Counted from the first letter of the stretch, positions 11,954-26,055 are shown. The stretch is DNA of 64,000 nt from Adineta vaga (GCA_021613535.1 CP075495.1:7750001-7814000); one strand, 5' to 3'. Notes: generated by a model from the sequence alone, not told the origin. Made by a program: numbers and translations.

Positions 11954-13508
11954 TGTCAGCTGTTCTGTCCACAATCTCATCTTCATCAATTATTCCCAAA
12001 CCAGTTATAGACGATAAATTTCAACTATATTACGTATGTTTATTTTACCTATGATTGAACTGTAATTTTTTGACAAAATTTTTATTTATTTTAATTAGTC
12101 TTCTACTATAAATGGTAATAACAGTCAACATATCGATGAATTTCGTCTTCATCATCAACAATTATTTCAGTCAACGTTCTCTGATATTTCTTCGAATCCA
12201 AACTATTATTTATTTATCATTCTAGTAGAAGGTATCATCTTCTATTCTTCTGAAATAGCGGTATACATATATCTTCATATCTTTCTAAACGAAAATTTTC
12301 TTTGAAATCCTTTAGAAAGATTATACAGCATCAATGATTAATGAAATGCGAAAGTTTTTATCAACATTTCATATATATATACGAAAACGTACAACAAAAT
12401 TGATTGATGTTATATCATTCATTTCCAAAACATCACTTCCATCGTATACAATCGTTCATACAGCCCAAGGAAGTAATGTCGGAGTACTTTTTCAACATTG
12501 TCCAAAAATAGAATATTATCTCAATTCATCAATGCCTTTCAATTCCATTCTGGCTACTTCTGAATATTCGACATATTCTATCTCACCCGAAGAACTTCGT
12601 TATTCTGATTATTCATTGAATGTGAAATGTCAAAATCATGTTACTGGTGGACTTTCAACATCTCTACATGTATCACAAACACCACTCGGAATAAATGGAC
12701 TCAGACTACGTACATCTATATCTTTTCCTACTTTACATTCATCACCAATTGTTTATCCACATACGGAAGGTAACTAGAAACAATTGAAAATATATCAATA
12801 GATGAAAGTGTCATTTTTCTAGATATGATCTATCGTCAAACTTATCCTTCATTTTGGAGCGTTGATTTCAATTTAAATGAAAACAATGATGCTTTATTCC
12901 ATAGTACATCACTTGACAAATCTACACCAGAATATTTATTTGTTGAACGTACATTTCATCGAACTCTAAGTGATAAAGAAAATCAAATCATTGCTGTAAG
13001 TACACTTTGTCATAGGATCAGATCAATACACTTATTCTCTGATTAGATTGAACGAATACAGAATCTTCATTTATGGGAAAAATTTCGTTCACATCGTGGA
13101 TATATGCGAAGAAAGAATGGTCAAGATAATATTAATGAAGATTGGTTATTTCATGGTACAAATTCTGACAATCATCATCGTATAATTTCTCATGGTTTCA
13201 ATCGTTCTTATTGTCGAGAAAATGTTTTCTATGGTCGTGGTGTCTATTTCAGTCGTTTTGCAGCTTATTCAAAATCCTATGGTGATCGTCAAGATGTGTC
13301 ATATCTTTTCCTATGTCGTGTACTTGTTGGTTATCATACATATGGAGAAAAAAATATGCAATTTCCTCCACAAATTACTCTATCAAAAGGTACACAAATT
13401 CAAGCAGATTCAACAACTGATCATCAAAAACCTTATGGAATTGTATGTACATTTCATGATGATCAAAACTATCCCGAATATATCATAACATATATGGATA
13501 AAAAATAA
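11954..13508 (+). CDS. PARP-family (ARTD) ADP-ribosyltransferase, probably mono-ART (PARP11/12/14/TIPARP-like); 5' end uncertain
   Basis: Exons from 11954 splice in frame to IERIQNLHLWEKF..WLFHGT..GFNRSY..FYGRGVYFSRFAAYSKSY..LFLCRVLVG..YGIVCTFHDDQNYPEYIITY. The triad is H-Y with a hydrophobic residue instead of the catalytic Glu. Confidence 0.85.
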
Positions 13509-15486
13509 GTTTGTGTAATATTTTTATGTTTTCAAATGTCATTTATTATAAATCACTCAAGATAAAAAAGTACAAATTGTTGACAGGTTGAATGTCAACA
13601 TTAATAAATTAAAAAAAAGAGAACCGGTTTTTTTTTCTTTCTCATCAAAATTGATTTTTAATATAGAATTATTTTATGTAATGAATTTTTTATTGTTATT
13701 GTAAATACTGATTATAAAAAAATATCATCTTATTGAAAAGAATTCTTATTCGTTCATCTTTTAATTTCAACATGATTTATTATTCTTTCCACAATCGTCT
13801 TACGATGGATAGTAAATATCTTTCTTTGTTTTTCGTTCATTTATATTGAAAGTGACAAGAATATTGTTGAACTAGGAATATGACAATTAACTAATAGATC
13901 TCATCTTACCAAGTGATGATGGCAGGAGTAATTGTTGTTGAATGACATTTATGTAAATGTTATAAATATGTTAATTATCAATATGTATATGTATATTGAA
14001 TAGTAGGAGATCATTAGAAGATAGAAAATCAACTCCATAAAGAAAATTTATTGAATACTTATAGTTCTATATCAAAGAAAACCTATAAAAAAAAGAAATA
14101 ATTTGTGGAAAGTAATATGTTTATTTTTAGTTTGCTTCTTTTATGAAACTAATATATTATGTGTTTTCTTTGTTTAAAAAGCATTATTTCAAGAGTTTCG
14201 ATATTCTTATATTTTGATATCAATCATGAAAATAACAATTATCATCAATAAGGAAGAAACACTTAAGATAAAATTTTGTTTACATCTTCGTAATAAGATA
14301 ATTACCTTTTCTGGAATCTAACCGGTCGACTAATTCTTTTTCAATTATTTTTTTGTCGTTTATTTTCTAATCAAACTAATAAGAGACGAGATTGAAATTA
14401 GACTAGAAAAAGAAATCTTATTTTTCTCATTATTCTGACTTGAATTTGTCTATCAAGAATCTTCGGATTAGAAACACAAAGCAAAACTATGATCAATGTC
14501 GATCATTTTTAATACACATATATTCATATCTTGACGTATATAAATGATTAAATTCAATATCTTGTTTTTCTTTTCCCTTGATGTTAACGAAGCATACATC
14601 AAAAACACTTTAGTCATACATAATTCCCTTCCTTCTTGTTCATCATTTAATATGAAACTATTTTCCTAACGAATATCAATTTCTGTAAACACTGTGTATT
14701 GAGAATGATCACCAACATCAACATTGCTCTCAGTTTATCTTCTTCTAAACTGCGTGTGCTTTTTTCCTTCCCTCTTATTTTTCCTTTTTCTTCTTCTTCT
14801 TCTTCTTTTTTTTTCATATTTTTAATATATGTGTATGTGTGTGTGTGCGCACTCGGGAAATTATGTCATCGGAACGCATACCAGCAAGAAAAAAAAAGAC
14901 GCATGCGGTCTAAAAAAAATAAGCCATATGATTCTGTTGTTACTATTATCTTTTTCTTTGATGTGAAGGAAAAGAAAGTTGCTTTTTATTCATTTAGATT
15001 TTTTCATTTCCTTCTATTATTACTGTTCAAGAAAAAACAAAGTAAGGTAAATAATAATTTTGACTAGAATTACACAATCTAACTGACGGTTGTCTATTAT
15101 AATCGCTTCACTAATTTCTTTTTCTTAGATTAAAAAGAAGAGAAGGCACCGTTTTTCTTGTTTTTTTCTTCTTCTTCGTCGTCTTCTTCTTCTTTGATTC
15201 TAATTATTCTTTATCAATGTTCAACTAATGTTTAGATAGATTTATAGCATAGAATCAAAAAGTTATAAGCGTTATTCATTGGTAAGAAAAACGAGTCTTT
15301 TGACAATTTCCTTGTCTTTTGTTTCTTTTACGTGCATTCTCTAAATGCACCAGATCGTTTACATGAAAACATGCAATATAGTCGAGACGAGGACAATAAT
15401 ATTGATGTAAAAAAGAAAAACTAGTTCTTTTTTTTTTATCATCATCATCATCGTCGTCGTTTTCTCTTCTGCTTTTATTTACTTCA

Positions 15487-15487
<1 letters not shown>

Positions 15488-15518
<31 letters not shown>

Positions 15519-15522
15519 CTCT
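15488..15522. repeat. (CA)n(TA)n compound microsatellite in long intergenic region
   Basis: acacacacacacac atatatatatatatatat ctct seen directly. Confidence 0.8.
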
Positions 15523-17430
15523 CATTGTATAACAATCATTTTTCTAGTTAGTAAGTAGAAAATTCTTGTAATTAAAGAAAGAAAAAAACCGACAATAACA
15601 TTGAGTTTTTTTTTGTATCATTGAACAATAGATAAGAATCGAAAAGAAATCTTTTTTTATTGATTATTTTATTAATAGATTTTTCTTTTTCTCTTTTGTT
15701 TCCGGTATATTTATCCGATTAGGAAGTAAAGAATCAAATGTAAAAGATTTTATTTCTTGAAGAAATTTTGACTTAGTCGCTCATAATTTTTTCTTGTGTT
15801 TGACAAAGAAATTCAGAAGAAGATTTAGTTCTATACTGATATAACTATGTCTTAAGCAGTTCGAAAACTTATGTGAAGAATTCGAAAGCGAGAGAGAACA
15901 ATTGTTCGTCAATGACGAAGAGTTTTCGTTAATAATAATGATAATAATAATAATAACAACATTCGAGCAAATATTTATTATCATCCAATAAAACTTTATG
16001 AAGAGGACATACTTTCAGTTTTTCAAGTGGACCAGAATGAGCTCAATAATCAGAACTCAATTACATTCGCTTGGTTCTTTTTTCTCTTCTTTCTGATTTC
16101 TAGCGAAGAAATCGATGTTTTTCTTCATGAAAATTTGTTACATATATCACCTAGTCGTGTCATTCTCTGTTCGTTTCTTCTAATTACAATTATTCTTCTG
16201 CAAATAATATTCATATCCTTGATATTATATTTATATACATATCACATAAATGCATTTCCTGTTGTCAATTATATTCAAGAAGATGACATTTTTGTTTCTT
16301 ATTTTGTCAAGTGTATTAAAGTTAGATACGGATCTATAAAACAACTGGTGTGTTTGATTCGTTGAATTCGATGAACTTTCATATGACTAGATAGATATAA
16401 AAAGTGACAGGAAAGGAAACAAAGAAAAGAGAGAAACCAAGGACAATTTGTACCCAATAACAGCGCTTTTACCACTATTACTAGTCGCCCATAACTAACA
16501 AAACTACAACGAGCTCGATCGAATAATCATAATCGCATTCTTCTTCTTCTTCTTTTCTATCCTATTCCTTCGCTTCTAACATCATCATCATCATCTCATC
16601 ATCGTTTTCAGATGAAGTGTATACAGTCATCGATGGCATAGACTCTTAATGATATCATAGAGAAAGAACCCGAATCTGTTTAAACTCTAACATATAAACT
16701 AAAGCCTGTTTAGGAATATTAGTTAACTATTTATAGTAATGAATCTGAATGAAAAAGCAAGCACGAATGTATATACATATATATTTATATGATGACAATT
16801 TTTTCCGAATGACATTACCTATATTATTACTGTAGTTTGTATGCCTTGTCATGTTAATTAGAGAGAAAAAATTAAAGATCTTTTCTCGGCAATAGAAGAA
16901 GAGAACCTCCCTTCTTTCTTTTTCGTCTAATTTCAGAGATGAAATCAAACAAATGAACATTGAATCGGTTGAGATAAAAGAAGTCGAGAGTAATTGCTAG
17001 ATAGAGTTGAAATTAAAAACACACGCACACACAGACAATCTCTCCTTAGTATCCTTATATGCATATAGATATATAGCATCAAACTCTATACAGAGTCAAA
17101 TTGACTTGCCGAATGATAAAATCAGTAGAGTATTACAAGAAGAGAAGGATTAGCATTTTTTAGCACTCCGACTAGTCCGTGAGTGCGCATGTGTGCATTC
17201 ATTTGTGTGCGTGCTCTAATAAAGAATTTGCATGTTTTTCTCCCTCGTCGTTCTTTCTTCTTTTCCTCAAAATAACAGCACCTCCCTCTGTCTTGTCTAA
17301 TTGGAAAGTAGCTGAAATCTTTATTTCAATGCACTTTACACTTATTTTATTTTCAGAAAAAGCAACATTAAAATAACGTACAACGACGAGCTAGCTTCTT
17401 GCTAAGCTCTTCTATTCTATTCCATTCAGT

Positions 17431-20400
17431 ATGCGATGGTGTGTAGTAGTCATTTCAAAGCTAAGTAAGTGAAAACGATTCAATTAGTCTTTTTTTTCGA
17501 TCGAACGCATTTTCTTTTTGTTTTGTTATAGATACGTTCGATTCCTAATCAAATATCATTTGCTCATATTTATCTGTGTACTTATTATGACAATTGTTTC
17601 TATTGGATTTCTAATACATAAACGTCATCAAATTGATCATAAACATTTATTACGAGTAAAAGATATTTACATTGTTTTAGTTTCATCATTCTTCTTTTTC
17701 AAATCAAATTCAATAGGGCTTTCAAGCACATGGAACAAATACATCAGATGAATATCGAAAATTTATTGCTCTCATACGTGAAACTCGAATAACACATTTA
17801 TATCCTAATCCAGTTAGTAATGAAGTAAGTTGGTCAATATTTTCAAAATATATATTCTAAACAATATCATTCTTTAAGATATTTCAATCAACACCGTATT
17901 CGTCTTTCAATCCAAATATCAATCCTTGTATGAAACGATTTTATTTATCGACATGTCCAATTCGTAAGTCAACTTCTTTTTTTTTGGTTTTTATTCAAAA
18001 ACAAAAATTGATCTATTCACTCATCAATTAGTTCCGTATACTGAATTAACATTTGAATTCAATCAAAATAATTCGAAATTATTCGATGATTTGAATATTT
18101 TCAAATCCATTTGTAAACTTGAATGGAATTTACGTGCTAAATATACAAATTGTTCTATAAATCATTCGTGTTGTCAATTGATTGGACCAGGTAAGAATGA
18201 TTTTCTATCCGAGAATTATCATCAACTATTTATCTTCCAGTCAGTCTACTTTTTCATGATAAATTCATTTCATCTGAACAATGTGATAATATCACCCAAG
18301 ATGAATTCAATGAATATTATCAACAATGGTTTATATGTTCACAAACATCATGTTCAAATTCTAAACTTAAAACATATCTTACTTATCTTAATTCAAACAC
18401 AATGTTTAAAATTTATATATCCATTGAAAATAATTTCACCAATCTTATACATCTTTATGAACATATTCATAATTATAAATATCAAGAAATATTCTTTTTA
18501 AAATTTCTACATTTCAATTCCAATGATGAAGAAATTCTTTTCAGTTATTTTCTTAAAAAAAATGAAATCTTTCTCTATTGCACTTTAATTCTTTATTTTC
18601 TTTCTCTATTCTTCTTTGTCAAAAATTTCTTCTCAATTCTAATAATTACTTGCCATATCTTCTTAACCATTTTATCTTGTTATATTATCTATTTTTATTT
18701 GTTACATTTTCCCATTACAATATTAAATTATACAAGTCTAACATTATATTTATATTTATTACTTATGGATTCATTCTTATGGTATACATGTTGGTTTCTT
18801 AATAATCATCGACGAGATGATTGTACAATTGAACGTATTGTTGACAATTTGCTCACTCAAACATTTTTTTATTTAATACCAAAAAATTTAACAGCTATCA
18901 TTGCACTTGTTATTACATTTACTAATCAAATTATAGCAATACAATGTTTCATTGTCTTTTCATTTCTACTTATATTAATATCATTTTTGATTTCATTTAT
19001 AGTCTATCCAGGTAACAAGAAATAGAAAGACATAGAAAAGTTTTGTTAAATCTCATGAGAAAGAAAATCAAGTGGACATATCTTTTTCTCTCTCTCTCAA
19101 CGTCTGATTCGATTAATCCTTTGAGTATGAACTAAAGATTGTCTTGAAGATAATTACGTTTTCTGATAAGACAAAGATTCTTATATCGTAATACATTTTC
19201 TTATTCAGGTAGAAAATCAGATGAAGTTTATTGATTAATATGATTGAATAAGATTAGCAAAAGAAGAAAAGAGATATTTGTTAAGAATATTTTCATTGAA
19301 ATTCGTTTTTCATTCTCGTTTTAGCTTCATTTATATTTATTATTCGTTATAAATCATCGATTCCAACGATCGAAAATCTGTCTTATAGTTTTCTTACAAA
19401 TACAACTGAATGTCTCATTGATCGTACAATACCCTGGTTAATTGTACGATTAAAAGGTATATGGATAATTTTATTAACTTTGATATCATGTTTGGCATTT
19501 ATAATCATATTTCATCGACCTAAATTACAATTCGATGTATGTCATTTAACATTTGATACATTACCAATTCATTCTTCGACTAAATTTGATGAAAAATCTT
19601 TGAAAACAATCGATATAGATGTGACATATTATATTGGTTCTTCTTGGGATGTACCATCGGAATCTTTAATACCACTCAGGGATATTCCCATTCTTAGTTA
19701 TACTTTCGAAGATAGTTATGCATCCAAACCAGATGATACTGATATATTTTCATATGTATTAAAGAAGAATTTAACAGAATTGATACAATTTTGTACCTCA
19801 AAACAATCCGAATCGATAACATATCACGAAAATAATGGATCACAAATGATTTCAAATCATTCAATGATAAGGTAAAAGTACTGAATTCAAATAAAAAATA
19901 TGAAATCGTCTTATTAATGATTTTCGTGTCAGTTCTATAATTGACTATTAAATTGACAGTGCATGTTGAACTTGATTAGTTTTAAGGACTTATGTAACAT
20001 GAAAGAATTTGTCGGTAAAGATCAAGGGCTTTTCTATCTGTAATTAATTGGTCGAGAACACAAAATATCAACTAAAATTTTCGTTTTTATCTTTCTATTT
20101 CATAGTGCATCCATTATTTCTACTCAGGGTAACAATCTAATTCAAACAAATTTTCATTGTTTTGGTAATTTAACATACTTATCATTAACGGATTCTTTTT
20201 CGGAAACAAATTCGAAATTTTCTCCTTACATTCATAGTCGAAGTAATGAAACATATAATTGTACATCGATATGTTTATCAAATATTACAGAAACAAAATA
20301 TGAATGTATAATATGTTTAAATTCTTTCTATTATTTATCTCATAAATATGATGATTTATTTCTGATAAAAAATGGTTTAAGATTTAAAAATGATGGACAA

Positions 20401-22033
20401 CTTCCTCGATATTTACTTCAAACTATAAGTTATAAATGGTCGCCAAAAACAAGTTTAAATAATTTTCTTGAATGGCAATATTTAATGGAAGATTTAAAGA
20501 AAAATTCTATAGGAAATTTCTATTCAAGAATATTTCCAAACCAATCTTTATGGTCAACAAGTGAACTATTTTCAACTTTTACAATTATGACACAGTTATC
20601 TCAAGAAAAATATCTATTTATTATTATTAAATTTCTCATTATACTATTTTTTCTTACTTTGTGTACAGGTATCTTAGGTATTTTTGTTACATTAACGACA
20701 TTATTAAATTTTATTACATGTATTGCAACATTAACTTTATTAAATTTCAAATTAACCGTTGAAAATGTTTCATATTTTCTTATTGTATTAATTATATGTT
20801 TGCAATATTCTGTACTCTATTCCATCAGGTAGTTTCTAATCTTTTGTTTCTGTTTCATTTAAATCGTTCGAGAATATATCGTTTTTTAGTTACAAATTAG
20901 CACCAACATTCTTCTTTCAACGTGAAAATCGTACGATGTATTCTCTTAAACAATTATGTACAACACTATTTCATTTAACATTTTCTATTATGATTATTTG
21001 TACACCTTGTCTCTTTTCATCAATTCCATATCTATCAAAATTAGCCATGGTCTATACAATATCATCAATAATTAGTTTGATTTATTCAACATTTTTTCTT
21101 CAATCACTCCTCTATTTTCTTGGTCCACCTGGTCATTTATGTTTTTTTCTTCCATGGCGTTTAACATTTATCCATAAATCCAATGTTCATCAAACAAACC
21201 ATACAGAAACATCCATACGAAGTTCAACAAGTGGCAGTGGTTCTCGACGACATCATCGACATTTATCACATCATCGTATGTCAACATCATCACATTTTGC
21301 TTCGTCATATTTCTCACAAATTTTTACTGGTTCAACATATTTTGAAAGTGAATATGGTGGTATCAATGAAAATTCTATTATAGGACCAAGACGACGTGAA
21401 AGTTCACGTAGTCATCAAACATCACATCTGATCAAACAAAGTTCATTAATAACAGGAGAATTAATTGAATTATATACACCACGTGCTAGTTTAGCACCGC
21501 ATTCACATCATTTACATTCGACTCGTTATTCAAGACAATCATCTGTGACACGTGCAGTTACATCAACAACACCAGCACGACCACTCTATATATCTCCATC
21601 CATATCACCCTATTCACAATTAAGTATACATTCACAAATTCCTAGTCGACAACATTCACCATCTCTTCATGTTTATCGACCATCCCGATCACCCTCACCA
21701 TCACCACGTTCATTTGCACCAATAACAACAAATTCACTTCGCCCATGTTATTCAGCACCTCGTCTTCATGTACCTGTACATCGAGGATTAACAAATAATG
21801 TACGACCAAATGATATTCTTTTCGAAGAAACACCAAGTCCCAGTGTACCACGAACGAAGAAAACAGTCATAATCGTTCAACGACAAGATGCTATATCATC
21901 AACTGATGAACTTGAACAACCATCATCGATTCAAAATTCTTCATTATCAGCTGCGACAAGAAGAAGTATGTTAAAAGCAACAACTATGGAACGGAATGAT
22001 CTTGTTTGGCTTAAACGATCCAATAGTAGTTAA
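17431..22033 (+). CDS. Dispatched-like multi-pass RND/sterol-sensing-domain membrane protein, divergent, with long Ser/His/Arg/Pro-rich C-tail
   Basis: TM1 followed by GLQAHGT (cf. DISP GFEPRGT), FKSICKLE..CC, a hydrophobic SSD block at 18402-19010, and a C-terminal block SYKLAP..RENRTMYSLKQL..LSKLAMV..STFFLQSLLYFLGP matching DISP1 AYRLAP..REGKVIFSL..ATFFFQCMCRCLGP. Confidence 0.75.
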
Positions 22034-23360
22034 TTTTCAATGATTAACTCATATCTGTATGTGATCTATTCTTCATTTCACTCTCTATCTCTTTTTAATT
22101 GTATACATAATTCTACTCTTAGTACTACTTCAACAATTGTTTCTTATTCATTTCTGAGTACATGTGTACGAATGATCATTTCCTGTATCAGATAATTATT
22201 GAACTAAATATTGTTGAGCCGAAATATAGTCATAATTATAATTTGTTTATATAAAAGAAATGATCAAACATTTTATTTCTTTTCTTTTGCTGTCTTTTTA
22301 GGTTACTATGATTTTCAAAGAATTCGAATATGAAGAAATGATGATTTTTGTTTGTTTTGTTTATTTGTACGGTCAATTTTTATTTGTTAATGAATAAAAG
22401 CAAAAAAAAGAGAAAATACAAAACTCATATATGATCCCCAATATGTATGCTTGAAATTTATTTCTCTAAGTGGGAAAGTTATAAATAAAAGAAATATGAG
22501 TCTGTCTAGCGTATCTAGTCATTTTTATGCTTATGATAACTCTATTTTTAGATATTCTGTCTGTTCAAACTCTTATTTATCTTACTAAAAAAAGATCAGA
22601 GAAACAGAGCATAATGCTAATAGTAGTTATTTATAAATTGTAATATGATTTTTAAGACAAATACATATATTTATCTTCGATCTAGAAACTATTTTATATA
22701 TTAAACTAGAGTAAACATTCTCTCGTATTTCATATATATATATATATAGAATTACTTTTCTATTAAAGAAAAGAGCTATCTATATATCATCATAATAAAT
22801 CTTGTCATTTTATTTATGATCTAATTGTTTATAACAAAAGAAATACAATGAATTCAATAATAATATGATACAATTGTTGCTACACCTCTTGAGGGTACAT
22901 GACGTTTTTGAAAAATGTTAAAAATGGATTCTCTCTATGAATTATTACTTCTTCATCAATTATTATTATCATTCTAAAGCAATATTTATGAGTGTCTTCC
23001 ATAGATACAATAACTACGTGAGTTTTCTAAAGTATCTAAAAACAGAAAACGACTAATTATTCATTTATTAATTAAACATGATATTGAAGAAGTCGTGTCG
23101 ACTCTGAACGTTTTTAACCCTGTCGTTAATCCGACCCCATCTATACCATCTTTAAGTTATTGCTTACATAAATAGTTTATCAAATCCATATTCTGTAAAA
23201 CCATGAACTAATATTTTAATCAACAGCCAATATTAGAAAAAAAAGAGCATTCCATATCACCATCACACAAATAGACACAGTCCCATCGATCGATTTATTT
23301 ACTCTCTTTCTAAAAACTTGAAAAAAATCACAAATAAATAAAAATACTACATTCATTTCT

Positions 23361-24343
23361 TCATGCTTTTGCCGATCCCATTGCACCAATCAGTTCTTTC
23401 AATATTCCCATCAATGCAACAAAATCTCGAAATTGAAGAACACCATCATGATCTGTATCCACCATCTCGAACAATGCTTTTGCAACATATTTACTTACAA
23501 AATTAAGTCCCATTTCTTCTAGCATTATCTCAATATCTTCCACTGTTATCTTTCGATCATTGTTTTTGTCCAATACTTTCCACTACAAATAAAATGACAC
23601 AGATGCAAAATGAGAAGCATTAGAATAAGTCAACAGATACTCACAAGAAAATACATTTGTTTCACATTTCCAAACTTTCCACTTTTCACTTGAACGTTTG
23701 CTGCTGATGATGATGATGGCTTGGCTTGAGTGGAAACATCATAGCCATGCTGTGAAAGAACTTGTTGAGCTGCATTGAGATAAGTATTGAGTCGACCTTT
23801 TGCTGTGTTTGCTTTGGTAAGTGGTTCATGAAGATCGTCAGGAACGAGACGCTTAAGCCAGTTGTCAAGTGAAGTAGGTGGTGGTTGTTCGGTGAGATTT
23901 TTGGACCAATCAGTGAGCCAAGTGGAGAGATTGCCTGATAGAGCATCATTAGTGATGGTTGTATCAGGTATGACATTAGTATTGATTTCATTCGACGAAT
24001 GAAGACCGATGGGAGTCATATGTTGCATCCAACTTTTGACATCGGTTGGAATATTTCGTTTTGGTAGTTGTTGTGGCTCAGGTACTGATGCTGGATTTGG
24101 ATCGTCTAAATGAAGTCGTAAACTTGTAATCCAGTTTTGTACATCACCCGGTGGAATGATTTGTTCATTGTTATCTGTTTTATTTGGATCAGGATGTTCA
24201 AATTCTTCAATAATCAATGCTTCCGTATCCTGATGAAATTTTTCTACGTATTCATGGACGTCAGCAATTCCTGCATTGACAAGCATACGATTGAGTACAC
24301 CATTGTTAATATCTGTTTCAGTTAACTTTGCTAAATTTTCCAT
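23361..24343 (-). CDS. EF-hand protein paralog A (306 aa): Trp-repeat N-terminal region plus two C-terminal EF-hands
   Basis: Exons 24343-23645 and 23582-23361 (62-bp GT-AG intron); loops DKNNDRKITVED and DTDHDGVLQFRD; no signal peptide. Confidence 0.85.
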
Positions 24344-25264
24344 TTATTTAAGAATAAGAAAAAGTCAATGAAATAATTAATGTAAATTTGTATATGAAAA
24401 AATGTTTGATTGTTTTGTCACAGAAAGATAAGAAAATTGTGTGCACCAACACGTGATACGTTGTAGGCAAGCAAAGACAACGAATAATACTTCAAAAGAT
24501 ACTCTATAACTTATATAGCGAATCATTGACTTGAATAACACAAAACTTACATATTTGTTTTTCGTGAATCAAACAAGCAACTAAAATGCGAAAGCCAATC
24601 ATAGTGCATGCTTGTCGGGACGTCTTTGTAAATAAGATACTAGGACATAAATTGATGAATGCAGCGTGTCGATCAAATATCTTATCCAAAGAATGGTTTC
24701 TATATATGTTTCGTGGGTTTCATTTCTCTGTATATCAATGATCTAAATACATAACGGTTATAATTTAGGAAAGACTGCTAAAATATTATTTTCAATGCAA
24801 GTTAAAGTCAGTAAAGGAAGATCAAGAATTAGAAATACATACTTTTATCTTATACACGTTGCCCTAATGATACAATTTCATTTGTAGCTATTAACGTGTA
24901 CTCTTGTACTAGGAAGCGTCTCGAAAGTCAAATGTAAATCATGTTATCTCATTTTGATAATTTCAACAAAAAGCTTTACATAGCACCCTACATATTCCTG
25001 CACAATAATTATTTCTTTTTCAATTTTAACCGTTAACATATTTACATTGTTTAAATAAATAATTATTTAAATCATATTCATATCGTCATGATACCCGAAT
25101 GATTTGATTCGTTATAAAAACAAATAAGAAATAGATTCTTTATTTTTCGATAGAATTCAAAAAACATGAGAAATAACAACAGATCAATGATGATGTAAAC
25201 ATATATTCATATCTATAATTAGCGTTATATTGCATTGAAAATGTATCTTTGAGTAAATGTTTTT

Positions 25265-25522
25265 CTATTGACATGCAGTTAGAAACCTTTTGGGACATTT
25301 CATTGATGCAATGGAACATTTAAGCCAATTCTTCGATGCGAAATCTACAATGAAATTGAAAGATGTATGAAAAGAATCTAAAAAAGCTCCATTTAATGAC
25401 TTACATTCTTTACATTCTTGTTCAGAAAATGAACTTAAACTTCCTCCTTCAACAAACTTTGTAACTTGCATAATGATAATTGACAACACGATAAATAATA
25501 GAAGACGAGAGTAGATCGACAT
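25265..25522 (-). CDS. Secreted C-x18-C peptide 1 (65 aa precursor)
   Basis: Exons 25522-25405 and 25344-25265, phase-1 intron in a Tyr codon: MSIYSRLLLFIVLSIIIMQVTKFVEG-GSLSSFSEQECKEY|FASKNWLKCSIASMKCPKRFLTACQ*. Confidence 0.8.
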   Translation of the reverse strand: MSIYSRLLLFIVLSIIIMQVTKFVEGGSLSSFSEQECKECKSLNGAFLDSFHTSFNFIVDFASKNWLKCSIASMKCPKRFLTACQ

Positions 25523-25581
25523 AGTATTATATTATTAATACTGGAAATAAGTCGTAAATTTCAACGATAAGAAACGAATAT

Positions 25582-26055
25582 ACGTCTATGTCTACAATTT
25601 AGTAGCTTTTATATGATCAAACTCTGACAGACGAATAAGAACCTTTTACGTGATTCATACGTCCATGTTGAAAAAATGCATTTCCTACAAAATAATTACA
25701 TTAAACTGGTCACCTTTTGACATTACGTATTCAAACGTTTTGATATATGATATTTGAAATTCTCCAAGTAATATGACTTACCTTACGTCACTTTTTTATT
25801 GATTAAGCTGATTTTATGTAATGTAACCTGATCAAGTTAACGAAAGAAACATGATATTTGTCATATTGACAGTTTCGGGCGAAACAAAAATTATATATGA
25901 TTTTTCAGGTGAAGACGTAAATTATTACTCGGAATTCGCTACATGGCAATTAAAGAAAAAGAGTGTAGCTAAACAAAAATCATGACTACTTTAAATATAG
26001 TGTAAATGTCTGGACGTTAGTATAACGTCGCACAAATTTGTGAACCAGTCGACGT
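25582..26055 (-). promoter_or_regulatory. ACGT-core (bZIP/CRE/PAR-like) site cluster and TATA-like box upstream of peptide 1
   Basis: Ten ACGT cores (25582, 25648, 25659, 25725, 25735, 25785, 25915, 26014, 26025, 26052), four as TTACGT; TTATGTAA near 25814; minus-strand TATAAAA near 25607-25613. Confidence 0.5.

Noticed and set aside
14699-16960. Hydrophobic ORFs 14699-15067, 15276-15500, 15781-15984, 16027-16365, 16727-16960
   Set aside because: Low-complexity Phe/Ile/Lys-rich translations of AT-rich DNA and microsatellites, mostly with non-ATG starts and no coherent exon structure.
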